Below, piece by piece: positions 1-10,254 of a stretch of DNA of 64,000 bases. The notes below the pieces were generated by a model. The model made no database searches and was not told the DNA's origin. It saw only the letters and a list, made by a program, of their open reading frames with translations. This stretch comes from Bacilli bacterium (lineage in GTDB: Bacteria > Bacillota_I > Bacilli_A > RF39 > UBA660): positions 64,715 to 128,714 of the forward strand of contig JBGVNW010000056.1 in assembly GCA_045125935.1 (NCBI GenBank), given 5' to 3'. The translations under genes and the position numbers were made by a program. Position 1 is the stretch's first letter, and every line of letters begins with the position of its first letter.

Positions 1-1175
1 AATACAATTCCACCGCTACAATTTGCTTCAATAATTGAATTGTACATTGATACTAGTGCATTGCCTTGCTCTTCCTCTGTCATGTTACCTTGATTAAATC
101 CTTTGTTTTTATCTATTGATGCTGGAGCTCTGCTTGTAGGAACACCGAATTCACTAATAATTACAGGTATACTATGATAATCACTTAATCTTTTTAAATA
201 TGCATAGTAGGTATTTATTGTGCCTGTTGAATCTACATAACTTGTCTTATCAGCTTCATAATTTAAATAATCAGGATAATATGGATATATGTGATATGAT
301 GCGAAAGTTCCACCAATAAAATCTTCAGAAAATTCTAACTCTTCCACATCAACTTTTGCGCACTTTTGAAAGTAGTTGGCAATTTTTTCTTCATGTGTTA
401 CCGGATCTGTAGTAGGCCAATTAGAAAAAGCAAGCAATCTTTGGTGACCATATTTTTCACTTTCATACTCAATAGATTGATCTCCAATATATGCAAGTAA
501 GCTAGAAAAAGCTGAGGCATTATCTTTAGCACTTAAATATTTTCCTTTGTATGGAGACACTTCATTTTTATTATTAGTATAGGCTACTGTTGTATCTTCC
601 CATTCTACTCCTAGGATGTAACCAATTACCCACTCTGAAATATTTTTAGCATATAATCCATTTGCATACGCATCATTTGGTAATATATATTTTCTACCAT
701 GAATAACATCAATCATTATTTTGGTATCAGCTAATAATTTATCACCAAATTCAGAGGAATAAGCATCTACTTTGGAATTTTGAATGTAATCATCTACCCA
801 AACACCATGAAGTAAGTATAATGGATTGTCATTATTTTTGTTATACTCATAAAATGCATCATAGAAATCTGGTGATAGAATTGTATAAACTCTAATTGTA
901 TTAGCACCCATTTCTTGAATTTGTTTAAACCATCTTTTATATGTATCTTTATCTATAGCATAATCAGTTGCAAAATATCCTGGAATTCCCGCTCCCATAT
1001 TTACACCTTTTATTGTATATGGTTCATTATTTACATAGATTGTGGTACTGTCACTTTTGGTAAATGAACTTGGAGTTTTATCTGTCTTTATGTATATACC
1101 AAAAACAAAATAAGCTAAAAATGAAAAAAACAATAGAATTATTAATGATACTATATATATTAAATATTTTTTCAT
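1..1175 (-). CDS. membrane-anchored TIM-barrel glycoside-hydrolase-like protein (N-terminal ~391 codons; C-terminus lies beyond window start)
   Basis: Own minus-strand translation from ATG at 1175, with RBS AGGTGGAG upstream. It begins MKKYLIYIVSLIILLFF (TM anchor), then YTIKGVNMGAGIPG, GANTIRVYT and ISEFGVPTS, which look like GH TIM-barrel strands. It stays open to position 1 and is absent from the ORF track because it runs off the edge. Confidence 0.5.
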   Translation of the reverse strand, partial: MKKYLIYIVSLIILLFFSFLAYFVFGIYIKTDKTPSSFTKSDSTTIYVNNEPYTIKGVNMGAGIPGYFATDYAIDKDTYKRWFKQIQEMGANTIRVYTILSPDFYDAFYEYNKNNDNPLYLLHGVWVDDYIQNSKVDAYSSEFGDKLLADTKIMIDVIHGRKYILPNDAYANGLYAKNISEWVIGYILGVEWEDTTVAYTNNKNEVSPYKGKYLSAKDNASAFSSLLAYIGDQSIEYESEKYGHQRLLAFSNWPTTDPVTHEEKIANYFQKCAKVDVEELEFSEDFIGGTFASYHIYPYYPDYLNYEADKTSYVDSTGTINTYYAYLKRLSDYHSIPVIISEFGVPTSRAPASIDKNKGFNQGNMTEEEQGNALVSMYNSIIEANCSGGIV

Positions 1176-1187
1176 TGCTCCACCTGC

Positions 1188-2606
1188 TTATTTATTATAT
1201 TTTTTATTTCTTGATTCATGGCAGTATTGTTTTAATGTCTCAATATTCTTATCCATCCAATCACCACGTTCTTTTATGGCATTTTTTAATTGTGTAATTG
1301 CTTCATCATAATTATTTGGAATAAAATGTGGAATAAGTGATGGTGATATAGAATTATAGCCCCAAACTAGAAAATTTCTTTCTATAGATGCACCTAAGTA
1401 TGCTACAGTCTCATCTATATAATTATTTAGATATTCTTCCGATAAATATGTTTGTCGCAATTCTTTATATCTTTTAATTACTCTATCAACAAATTTTGGA
1501 TCTTTCAGTAGCATTACATACCATATATTTTCTTGTAATTTAAAATGTTGATTATTATCTAATAAATCATTTTCATAATTATTATTTGCCGAATTAAAAT
1601 CCCATATATACATTTTATATTTTCCAGAAACATCTTTATATATATAAGTTGATGTAAAACCAATGTCATAGTTTTGAGTAAATTCATTAATAATGAAATA
1701 ATCTACAAAACTGTTGACGTCAATATAATCATCATATTCTTTATAGTCATATGAATATAATATTTTTTCAAATTTCGAGAAATCATCAGTTATATACTTC
1801 TTAGTTTCTTCTGTTAAATCCTCTTCTTTTGGATATTCAATTACTATTCCTAATTTTTTTTCTGGAGTGCTTCCTATTTGGTTAGTATATACAGAAAAAC
1901 TATTTAATGATTTTTTTTCATTTAAAACATTTACATCTACTTGCAGCAAATAACTAGTAACAATGCTATTTTGATTCTTTTTCGATATCATTGTTCTTGT
2001 CTTTTCACTTTGAGTAACCGCTTCTACTGCTACATATAGTCCTTGGTATTGATTATTTACATATAGTTCTGTAAATCTTGTTTTTGGAGCTTGTCCCATT
2101 ATTTCTTGACCTATGTTATACCACATATAATTCCTAATTAAACTTTTATCTATGAACGGTCCATGTAGTACCCAGTCACTTTCTTCTGGCATTCCGAGTA
2201 GTGATTTATCAATTTTTACATCTTGATCATCGACAAATTTTATTGAATAACCTTTTTTATCAAAGCCTAGAGATGATCGCCCTCTATATCTTATTCTCAC
2301 TTTTGATGAGGTACCATTTTCACCTAAAATAGTTACATTATCTCCACCATCATAGATATTTATATCGGCAATAATGTAATTTTCTTTATTTTTATCTTCT
2401 CCAGGTATTGTTTGATTATTGGTATTAATACTTATAATTGGTAAATGCGAACAGTTTTCTATTCCTGTACACATAGATTCATCAGCATTATCTTCTAAAT
2501 GTTGATGATATACATAATTTAACTCTTCTTGATAATATGAACCAAGAATTATTCCTCCTATAATAAGAACAAAAACAGTAAAAATAGTTATTACTTTGTA
2601 TTTCAT
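1188..2606 (-). CDS. CotH kinase family protein, N-terminal TM anchor
   Basis: 472-aa ORF. IRYRGRSSLGFDKKGYSIKF and WVLHGPFIDKSLIRNYMWYN resemble conserved CotH-family blocks. It sits next to VTC and DUF4956 genes, the usual CotH neighbourhood. Confidence 0.75.
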   Translation of the reverse strand: MKYKVITIFTVFVLIIGGIILGSYYQEELNYVYHQHLEDNADESMCTGIENCSHLPIISINTNNQTIPGEDKNKENYIIADINIYDGGDNVTILGENGTSSKVRIRYRGRSSLGFDKKGYSIKFVDDQDVKIDKSLLGMPEESDWVLHGPFIDKSLIRNYMWYNIGQEIMGQAPKTRFTELYVNNQYQGLYVAVEAVTQSEKTRTMISKKNQNSIVTSYLLQVDVNVLNEKKSLNSFSVYTNQIGSTPEKKLGIVIEYPKEEDLTEETKKYITDDFSKFEKILYSYDYKEYDDYIDVNSFVDYFIINEFTQNYDIGFTSTYIYKDVSGKYKMYIWDFNSANNNYENDLLDNNQHFKLQENIWYVMLLKDPKFVDRVIKRYKELRQTYLSEEYLNNYIDETVAYLGASIERNFLVWGYNSISPSLIPHFIPNNYDEAITQLKNAIKERGDWMDKNIETLKQYCHESRNKKYNK

Positions 2607-2608
2607 AA

Positions 2609-3286
2609 CTATCCACTTATTTCATCGTTTTGAACAACTAAATTAACATGTTCAACACCATTTAATTTATATAATTTTTCTGTAATACTTTCAGCTGTTT
2701 TTTGTTCTTTATCAAATAATTTTTTAGTAATTTCATAAATTAGTTCAATATTGTCAGTAGTTGTGTTTTTTACTCTCATAATTGCTTTTTTATTGAAATG
2801 ATTAAATATTGTTCCTTCAATTTTCTTTTCTAATGTTCTTGAGCCTCTAATTATTAGAAGAACTCTATTATCATTTTTGATTCTTCCGAAGAGTAACATA
2901 ATAATAAATACTGTGGCACTTCCAATTCCTGCTACTGTAAAGTCTCCTACTCCACAGCAAATACCTACAATAATTGCCCAGAAAATATAGGCTGTATCAC
3001 GACTATCTTTAATTGCTGTACGGAAACGAACGATAGATAAGGCACCAACCATACCTAAAGATAAGGCAACATTATTTCCGATTACAGTCATTACCATACT
3101 AGTTAAAACTGTTAGCATTACTAATGATACGTTAAATTTTCTACTATAAATTGTTCCTGAATGACTAATATAATATGATAAATAAATAGCAATTCCGATT
3201 ATTAATGCTGCTACTATTTGCATTATAATTTGTTGTACTGTTAATGATGCACTGTTTGATAAAATTTTATATAAATATTCTTTCAT
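2609..3286 (-). CDS. DUF4956-like polytopic membrane protein
   Basis: 225-aa ORF with several TM helices followed by a soluble C-terminal part. It contains SIVRFRTAIKDSRDTAYIFWAI and is tightly packed between the VTC and CotH genes. Confidence 0.6.
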   Translation of the reverse strand: MKEYLYKILSNSASLTVQQIIMQIVAALIIGIAIYLSYYISHSGTIYSRKFNVSLVMLTVLTSMVMTVIGNNVALSLGMVGALSIVRFRTAIKDSRDTAYIFWAIIVGICCGVGDFTVAGIGSATVFIIMLLFGRIKNDNRVLLIIRGSRTLEKKIEGTIFNHFNKKAIMRVKNTTTDNIELIYEITKKLFDKEQKTAESITEKLYKLNGVEHVNLVVQNDEISG

Positions 3287-3299
3287 TTTAACTCACTCC

Positions 3300-3998
3300 T
3301 TAAATATATGTGTAATTTAGGCTCACTGATCTGGCTAGACAATATTTACTTATTGATATTTGACTTTTATTAACATTAGCGATTATGTCTTTTATATAAC
3401 TTAGTAGAAATGTATTGTACTTAACTTCTAAGACAACATTAAACTTATTAAATACAGGATACATATTTAGATTCTCATCAAAAATATTAAAATTTGTTTC
3501 TGTTGCGATAATATTATGATCGAAGGTTATTCGCGTCTGATTATCTTTACAGACAAATGCTTTGCGGTCATATTGAACAACACACTTTGGTAGATATCCT
3601 TCTGTTATCATATAGGTATAACACTCATTTGCAAAATCGTCATTGTAATTTAATAAGCAATCATAATTACCTTTAATTAATTCTAAGGCATCTTTTTTAT
3701 TTACTTTTAAAGACCTCTTTAGTTGATGATCACCTTGTTTTTGTTTAATTTCTAACATTGCAAAATTATCATTCGGATCATAAACTCTTAGTCTTACTTT
3801 TCTTCTTATTTCAATGCCCATTTCTTTTTCGTGAAAATCCTTATTGTCAATCGTATCAAAATATAAACTTCTCACTATATAACCATTACTTGAATTGTGT
3901 TCATCCCCTGGTAATACCCTTTCAAAAAGATTGGAATATTGCTTGTACTCCAGTTGATTTAATAAATATTTTTTCTCTTGCCTTAATACTTGTCTCAT
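3300..3998 (-). CDS. VTC-domain (polyphosphate-polymerase-like) protein
   Basis: 232-aa ORF. RQEKKY, YIVRSLYFDT, RRKVRLRVY and LEIKQK resemble CYTH/VTC-type beta-tunnel motifs. It is the first gene of the VTC-DUF4956-CotH-GH string. Confidence 0.65.
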   Translation of the reverse strand: MRQVLRQEKKYLLNQLEYKQYSNLFERVLPGDEHNSSNGYIVRSLYFDTIDNKDFHEKEMGIEIRRKVRLRVYDPNDNFAMLEIKQKQGDHQLKRSLKVNKKDALELIKGNYDCLLNYNDDFANECYTYMITEGYLPKCVVQYDRKAFVCKDNQTRITFDHNIIATETNFNIFDENLNMYPVFNKFNVVLEVKYNTFLLSYIKDIIANVNKSQISISKYCLARSVSLNYTYI

Positions 3999-4176
3999 AC
4001 ACTCACCACTGCGCTACTATTATAGCTCTTTTAGATTTTTATGTCCATAAATAATATGTGTTTGTTTTCTTTTTATGAGCGGCATATTATGAGTGTTTGC
4101 TTTATTTTTATTATTTTACTAATTTAAAGACTGCTTTTCGAAATCTTCTGAATGGAATTCTATAAAATATTAAAAA

Positions 4177-4197
4177 AAGCAACTTTTACAGTTGCTT
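4177..4197 (-). terminator. intrinsic terminator downstream of 4342-4890 gene
   Basis: Stem aagcaact/agttgctt with a 5-nt loop, followed by a T7 run on the minus strand. Confidence 0.5.
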
Positions 4198-4341
4198 AAG
4201 TTTTTATTAATTTATATGTGTTTATATATTTCATTTTTTAAGAGTTAAAGTTATGTTATGAGTTGTTTTCTTATTCAATATTAATTATATATTTCAACCC
4301 ATTATAGTTAATTTTGAAGTTTAATATTATCTAATTATATT

Positions 4342-4890
4342 TTATGAAATAATACTTTTTATAATAAAACATATTGCATCAATTACAAATATTATTACTG
4401 TTATGTTAAATATTCTATTTACTTTTTTGTTTCCCAATTTCTTTATAATTTTTTCAAATAGTGGTTGTAAAATATATAAGAATAATACTCCTCCAAGACC
4501 AAATATTGTGCTAGGAAACAAAGCTATTCTGCCTTGAAAATCATATTTATACTTACTGTAATCCCATGACCATGATCCAGTTATGAATTCACATAGATAT
4601 GATGCTATTAACTCTATTATTGTTGCGATTATTGCGGACAGTATAAAGACTACTGGTATCATTAGAATTTTTCTTTTTAATGACTTATCTTTTATAAGAT
4701 GATAAATTAAAATGATAAATAATATGGCTCCTACTCCATATACAGGGCAGTATGGCCCAAACAAAACCCCACGATTAGAATATTCATGTCTCTTTATTAA
4801 TACTAATAAAATTTCAGATAACCAACCAATCATTGAATACATTAAGAAATATAAAAAGTATTTTTTTAACTCTATAGCTTTTATTTTCAT
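4342..4890 (-). CDS. small polytopic membrane protein (resembles the 'putative ABC-transporter type IV' family)
   Basis: The track ORF is 4342-4995, but a strong RBS (AGAGGAGG) precedes the internal ATG at 4890 (MKIKAIELKKYF...). It has about 6 TM helices and a GPYCPVYGVGA motif. Confidence 0.45.
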   Translation of the reverse strand: MKIKAIELKKYFLYFLMYSMIGWLSEILLVLIKRHEYSNRGVLFGPYCPVYGVGAILFIILIYHLIKDKSLKRKILMIPVVFILSAIIATIIELIASYLCEFITGSWSWDYSKYKYDFQGRIALFPSTIFGLGGVLFLYILQPLFEKIIKKLGNKKVNRIFNITVIIFVIDAICFIIKSIIS

Positions 4891-4981
4891 ACTATAACCT
4901 CCTCTTTTGATGTCAGTTATAGTATTTACATAATTTATAGAATTATTAAAAAAGCTTAATCTGATGAATGAAGTTACTTTT

Positions 4982-5609
<628 letters not shown>

Positions 5610-5620
5610 TTTTACCTCCA

Positions 5621-5650
5621 AAAAAAGAAAAGAAGTCCCCCTTCTTTTCT
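5621..5650 (-). promoter_or_regulatory. terminator-like hairpin in the upp leader, abutting the RBS
   Basis: On the minus strand: agaaaagaag-gggga-cttcttttct, then ttttt, then GGAGGT and the ATG. This is a 10-bp perfect stem plus a U-run, directly 5' of the ribosome-binding site. Confidence 0.45.
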
Positions 5651-5799
5651 AAATTCTATTATTAGATTTTGAAATGATTCTGTTCATAACAATCACTCTA
5701 TTGTTATTATATCATATATTACATAATTACTATAGATTTATTTTAGAATAACACAACTTAATTATTTACATATAATACTTTAGTTAGAAAGGAGATTTT

Positions 5800-6020
5800 A
5801 TGAAAAGAAAAATTAGTTTGTTTGTCATTGCGATAATTTTATTTATAATTTTAATAATTAGCGCATTATTTTTTGATTTTAATAAAGGTGATAATAAAAA
5901 TACAAAGGTTACAGTTGCGGAAGTTGCCCATACTATTTTCTATGCACCACAATATGTTGCAATTGAGAATGGATATTTCGAAGAATATGGTATTGATGTT
6001 AGTCTCGTATTGGCAAATGG
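5800..6020 (+). pseudogene. ABC substrate-binding protein (NMT1/SsuA-like), 5' fragment cut by the ICE
   Basis: RBS AGGAGA, then signal/TM MKRKISLFVIAIILFIIL, then VAHTIFYAPQYVAIENGYFEEYGIDVSLVLANG. The frame continues precisely at 31052. Confidence 0.85.
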
Positions 6021-6046
6021 TGTGAAGTCATAAAGTGTAATCAATT

Positions 6047-7606
6047 TTAATTGTTACTAAATTTATAATAAATATTTACTTCTCTATCTTTCGATACTGT
6101 TATTTTTTCTATTAATTGAAACATTAGTTCTCTGTCTGGTTTTTGATTTAGAAATTTTTCTGCAAGTTGTTTGGAGTTTATACTATTTAAATTTTTTTTG
6201 TTTTTTTGTTCTACCATCTTATCTAGTTTTTTATTTAAATCTTGTAATTCATTTTCTGTGTTTTTCGATAACATTATATATGTTTCTTCGCTAAGTATAC
6301 CCTTAAATTTATCTTCGTACAAACATTTAATTTTTCTTTCTAATTCTCTTTTTTCTTGTTCTAATTGTTTTTGGTTGCTAAAATCTTCTTCTTGTTTTCG
6401 ATATTGCTGTATTGTTTCTATGCCATCTATTATTTTACTTGTCTGAATTTTTCTACATTGAATTTCAATCAATTTTAGTATTTCTTTTTCAAGTATTTCA
6501 TACGAAATAAAATGTGATGTACAGAACTTATTTTTTGCATTCCTAGTATATCTATTACAATTCATAGTGTAGTGAATTTTATTTTTGTTTCTTTTATCTA
6601 TTCTTATTCCTAGTAGGCAACCACATTCTTCACAAAAGACTAGACCTTCTAATAATTGTTTTTCACGATCCGTTCTTAGATGTTTTCTTTTCTCAGGATG
6701 TGTATTTGCTAATTTATATTCTTCTTCAGTCACTATTGCTTGATGAGTGTTTTTTACTTCTATCCATTGACTCTTATCTAATACAATTCTTTTTTTTGAT
6801 TTATAATTCAATTTTGCTTGAACACCTTGAACCATATTTCCAGTATACATTTTATTTGCTAATATCTGATAAACTGAACTCGCTGTCCATACTTCTGGGT
6901 TTCTATACCTTTTTGCAATTTTTATATTTTTATAAATTATTGGTGTAATGGTATTTTCTTGATTTAATATATATGCTATTGTTTCATTACTTTTATTTTC
7001 TAGTGCTAAATCAAAAATTCTGCGTACTATTGGAGCTGTTTTTTCATCAATTATTAGTTTATGTTTATTGTTTGGGTCTCTCTTATATCCAAAAGCAGTG
7101 CTGCTTCCTAAAAATAAGCCTTGTTTTTTTCTATCTCTTAATATTGATCTTATTTTTTTTGAGTTGTCTTTACTTTGCATATCATTAAAAAGTGCTTTAA
7201 ATGGTGCTATGTCATTATTAGTACTGTCTATTGATGTATCTATATTATCTAATATTGAAACATATCTTACTTTCTTCATAGGAAAATATTGTTCTAAGTA
7301 GTACCCACTTTGAATATAATCCCTTCCTAATCTAGACAAATCTTTAGTTATAACCATATTGATTTTCCCGTCTTCTATGTCTGAAATCATTCTATTAAAA
7401 GAAGGTCTATCAAAAGTTGTTCCACTAAATCCATCATCAACATATTCTTTTGTTAATATTAAATTGTTATCTCTTATATATGATAATAATAAACTTCGTT
7501 GATTCATTACACTTTCACTTTCAGATTCTCTTTGTTTTTTTTCATCTTCTTTTGATAATCTAATATATATTGCTACTTTATAATTGTTATTATCAATGTT
7601 TAACAT
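6047..7606 (-). CDS. large serine recombinase (ICE integrase)
   Basis: 519 aa. The N-terminal resolvase domain has VAIYIRLSKEDE, VITKDLSRLGRD and NQRSLL. A recombinase/zinc-ribbon region follows (CEECGC...CNRY), then a C-terminal coiled coil. RBS GAAAGGAGA. The stop is 26 bp from the element end. Confidence 0.9.
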   Translation of the reverse strand: MLNIDNNNYKVAIYIRLSKEDEKKQRESESESVMNQRSLLLSYIRDNNLILTKEYVDDGFSGTTFDRPSFNRMISDIEDGKINMVITKDLSRLGRDYIQSGYYLEQYFPMKKVRYVSILDNIDTSIDSTNNDIAPFKALFNDMQSKDNSKKIRSILRDRKKQGLFLGSSTAFGYKRDPNNKHKLIIDEKTAPIVRRIFDLALENKSNETIAYILNQENTITPIIYKNIKIAKRYRNPEVWTASSVYQILANKMYTGNMVQGVQAKLNYKSKKRIVLDKSQWIEVKNTHQAIVTEEEYKLANTHPEKRKHLRTDREKQLLEGLVFCEECGCLLGIRIDKRNKNKIHYTMNCNRYTRNAKNKFCTSHFISYEILEKEILKLIEIQCRKIQTSKIIDGIETIQQYRKQEEDFSNQKQLEQEKRELERKIKCLYEDKFKGILSEETYIMLSKNTENELQDLNKKLDKMVEQKNKKNLNSINSKQLAEKFLNQKPDRELMFQLIEKITVSKDREVNIYYKFSNN

Positions 7607-7651
7607 TATTCTCCTTTCTGCATAACATTTTAAGTTAGCTTAATCTTACCA

Positions 7652-7756
7652 TTACTTTTTAGATTCTAAAAATCTACAAAAATATACTTTGATATATTCG
7701 AGCATTATATTTTCAATACTTTTATTTGTATTTGAAAAATGTTCTTTAAATATCAT
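7652..7756 (-). CDS. 34-aa ORF immediately upstream of the ICE recombinase
   Basis: Own translation MIFKEHFSNTNKSIENIMLEYIKVYFCRFLESKK, with strong RBS AAAGGAGGG. It is too short for the track. Confidence 0.3.
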   Translation of the reverse strand: MIFKEHFSNTNKSIENIMLEYIKVYFCRFLESKK

Positions 7757-7769
7757 AAAGCCCTCCTTT

Positions 7770-7955
7770 TTATTTATTGAGGTTTTTAATTCTGATTGTA
7801 ACTTTTGGTTTTTCTTTATTCATTTCTTCTATATCTAGTAATTTACTATTTATTATTGTATCTTTTACTATTCTGTTGGCTTCTCTTCTATTTTTTGCCT
7901 CTACTTCCATTTTATTTATTTGTGTTCGTTTTATTAACACTTCATATTTATTCAT
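7770..7955 (-). CDS. DpnD/PcfM-like small conjugative-element protein
   Basis: RBS GGAGGA precedes the internal ATG. MNKYEVLIKRTQINKMEVEAKNRREANRIV matches my recollection of the DpnD/PcfM pattern (K-Y/F-E-V...VEVEA...EA..IV). Confidence 0.45.
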   Translation of the reverse strand: MNKYEVLIKRTQINKMEVEAKNRREANRIVKDTIINSKLLDIEEMNKEKPKVTIRIKNLNK

Positions 7956-8267
7956 TTTTCCTCCATTATATTTCAAATTGTTTGAGCGATATTTTTCCTA
8001 TCTCCTCACTCAAGGAATTTATCAAACGACTAGCTGCTTACTAGTTCCATAAGTCATTGCCTCTTTGTGGAACACACAAAGCCGCTCCCATTGTTTTATT
8101 CTATGGCTAAGCGGAAGTATCATTATCACTATTACTTATCATCGCAATATTAGAAGCAATCTAATTTTATAGTCAGATATTTATCGCAAGCGTATCTACT
8201 AATGTGCTCCAAGTAATAGAATTGTGTTTGATAAATGAACATTAAATTTTCAAAGAACATCCATTTA

Positions 8268-8299
8268 CTAAAAATGGTGAGAGTTTTTTTGCTCTCACC
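8268..8299 (-). terminator. intrinsic terminator after the sigma-factor-like gene
   Basis: Stem ggtgagag (8276-8283) pairs with ctctcacc (8292-8299), followed by atttttag on the minus strand. Confidence 0.55.
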
Positions 8300-8330
8300 A
8301 TATACCTGACTAAAACTTAATTTGTGTAGT

Positions 8331-8822
8331 CTATTTTTTCATTTTTTTAATTATTTTTTCTAAAGCAATATCCACACTAAATTTTACAGCTCTTTTTGTG
8401 CATTTTTCTTCTCTTGCTATTTGTTCAAACGATTTATCTTCATAATAATACTTTTTTAATCGTCTTTTCTGAATTTCTGGTAGTTCATCAATATATTTTT
8501 TTAATCTTTCATTTATAATATTTTGCTCTGCAATTTCTTCTATTGAGGATGTGTTGTTCATCAAACTGTGAAAAATAATAATTTCTGATTCTTCCGTATT
8601 ATCCATAATTCTATAATCTCTGTGTAAATCATCTTTATTCATTTGTGATAAATCATGTAATTCAAATTCATTAAATGCATTATAAACTTCTATACTAATT
8701 TCAACATCTAGTAGCTTTCCTCTGCTGTCCTTAAATGATACACTATATTTATTACTCGATTCATCGCTATATAGCGTGTAAGGATTATCTTTGCTTTTTC
8801 TTCTTTTTGGACGTGTTCCCAT
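8331..8822 (-). CDS. sigma-70 region-4-type HTH protein (ICE regulator)
   Basis: RBS GGAGGAAA precedes MGTRPKRRKSKDNPYTLY at 8822. The C-terminus LPEIQKRRLKKYYYEDKSFEQIAREEKCTKRAVKFSVDIALEKI looks like a sigma region 4 HTH. Confidence 0.6.
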   Translation of the reverse strand: MGTRPKRRKSKDNPYTLYSDESSNKYSVSFKDSRGKLLDVEISIEVYNAFNEFELHDLSQMNKDDLHRDYRIMDNTEESEIIIFHSLMNNTSSIEEIAEQNIINERLKKYIDELPEIQKRRLKKYYYEDKSFEQIAREEKCTKRAVKFSVDIALEKIIKKMKK

Positions 8823-10254
8823 TTTATTTCCTCCAATCAATTTTTTTGATTGGAGATTTGGAGGGGCTCTACATTTGATACTCAGTTTTTTAGCAACAAA
8901 AAAAGTCAAATTTATTCTTAAATAAAATAAATTTGACTTTGTTATCGGTTAATTTGATGATTGTATATATAATTAATATATTGAACATAAGCACCGTACC
9001 AATTTTTAACAATGCTAAAAATTGTTAGAAGGTACTGCTTAATATCTAACTTCAAAATAAAATATGGGAATACTGTATTACAACAATTCTGTAAACAGAG
9101 TGCTATCCCCCTTTAGCACTGCCTTTGTGAATTATTATACTATTATTTCCATATTTTTCCAGTAAAAGTATATTGTGTCTTGATTTTTTAAATTTTAAAT
9201 TTATTGTAGATAAATTTAAAATTTCCCATAACCTTCCTGTTGTCTTGTTTTTTTATATTATAGTTTTGTGTTATTGGTACTTTTAATAGTACTTCTTTTA
9301 TTTTCTGAATAATTTATTTTATATGCTTTGTATGTAAGAATGATGTTTAGTTTTTGTAAGTTCATCATATTATGTATTATCATTCTTTTTATATTTTCAT
9401 AGTAAAGATTACTAAGTAATTGATAATAACAATTATTTAATTGTATTTAAACAGTAATTATTTTATTTATATATTCTAATTTTGATTTACATTTTGTGTT
9501 CAATAACTGCGTATGTGATTTTATTATATCTTCTATGTTTTTTGTATTTTTAGACAATACATACTTTATTTTGATAGTCTGCTATACGATGTAGATATTA
9601 TGTAAGAACTGTCTTCTAATACATGATTCAAATTTTCCCTTTCAAAAATTACATTATATATTAATAAAAAACGACTCTAAAAATATAATTAATTTATTTA
9701 TTTGTTTTTTATTAAGAATTACATTCTGAGTTTTTAGATTATTAAGTGTATTATTTATATCATCGTTCATTTGTACTTCCCCGCTCTCAAAGTAAAACAG
9801 CAATACAAAACAATTTGTATTGCTGTTTATGAGTAATTTAACTTATTTTTTATTACAGCATCATGTGCAGACTAAAACTAAATCAATGGATATTCGACTA
9901 TATTTTTTTGTTATATGCTATATTGAAAGCGAAATATTTGAATGTTATTTAAAGAAGCAATCAGTAAAGGCATTTTACAGTTATGTGATAAAAATAATAT
10001 AATATCTAAATAGACTTGACTAACTATAAACTATACCATCCACTACTTTCAAAGATACAATTAATAATAGAGTTAATAATTCTAGTACAGTTGTTATCTA
10101 TAAAATATATATAACTTTGAATATGAATCTAATTTTTTACACGAATTTATTCTTATCAGAACTTGATAATTAATCCTATAAACAAGCATTTATAATGAAC
10201 ATAATTACAATAGCGAAAAAACATTATGTTCATTAAATTATAGAAAATTAATGA

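Noticed and set aside
5650-5790. PyrR-binding loop (ARUCCAGAGAGGYU-like) in the upp leader
   Set aside because: I could not find the motif on the minus strand of the leader. The attenuator is therefore reported without a named regulator.
7536-7546. A8-A9 homopolymer runs inside coding regions, considered as phase-variation switches. Examples are the recombinase near 7540, the permease near 10627-10635 and the CHAP gene near 14232.
   Set aside because: Lys-rich AT-rich genes generate such runs by composition alone. All of these genes are currently in frame, and there is no population data to show length variation.
8040-8200. GC-richer hairpin block considered as a tRNA or tmRNA-like gene (a possible integration target remnant)
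   Set aside because: There is no T-arm GTTCGAATC-type box, no cloverleaf spacing and no CCA-proximal acceptor pairing that I could build. It is kept only as a generic structured-RNA candidate.
9820-10002. 60-aa plus-strand ORF in the ICE AT-rich gap
   Set aside because: It has no RBS, and its start lies inside the second arm (9816-9827) of the terminator hairpin. It runs opposite to every other gene of the element, and its composition is typical of random AT-rich ORFs.
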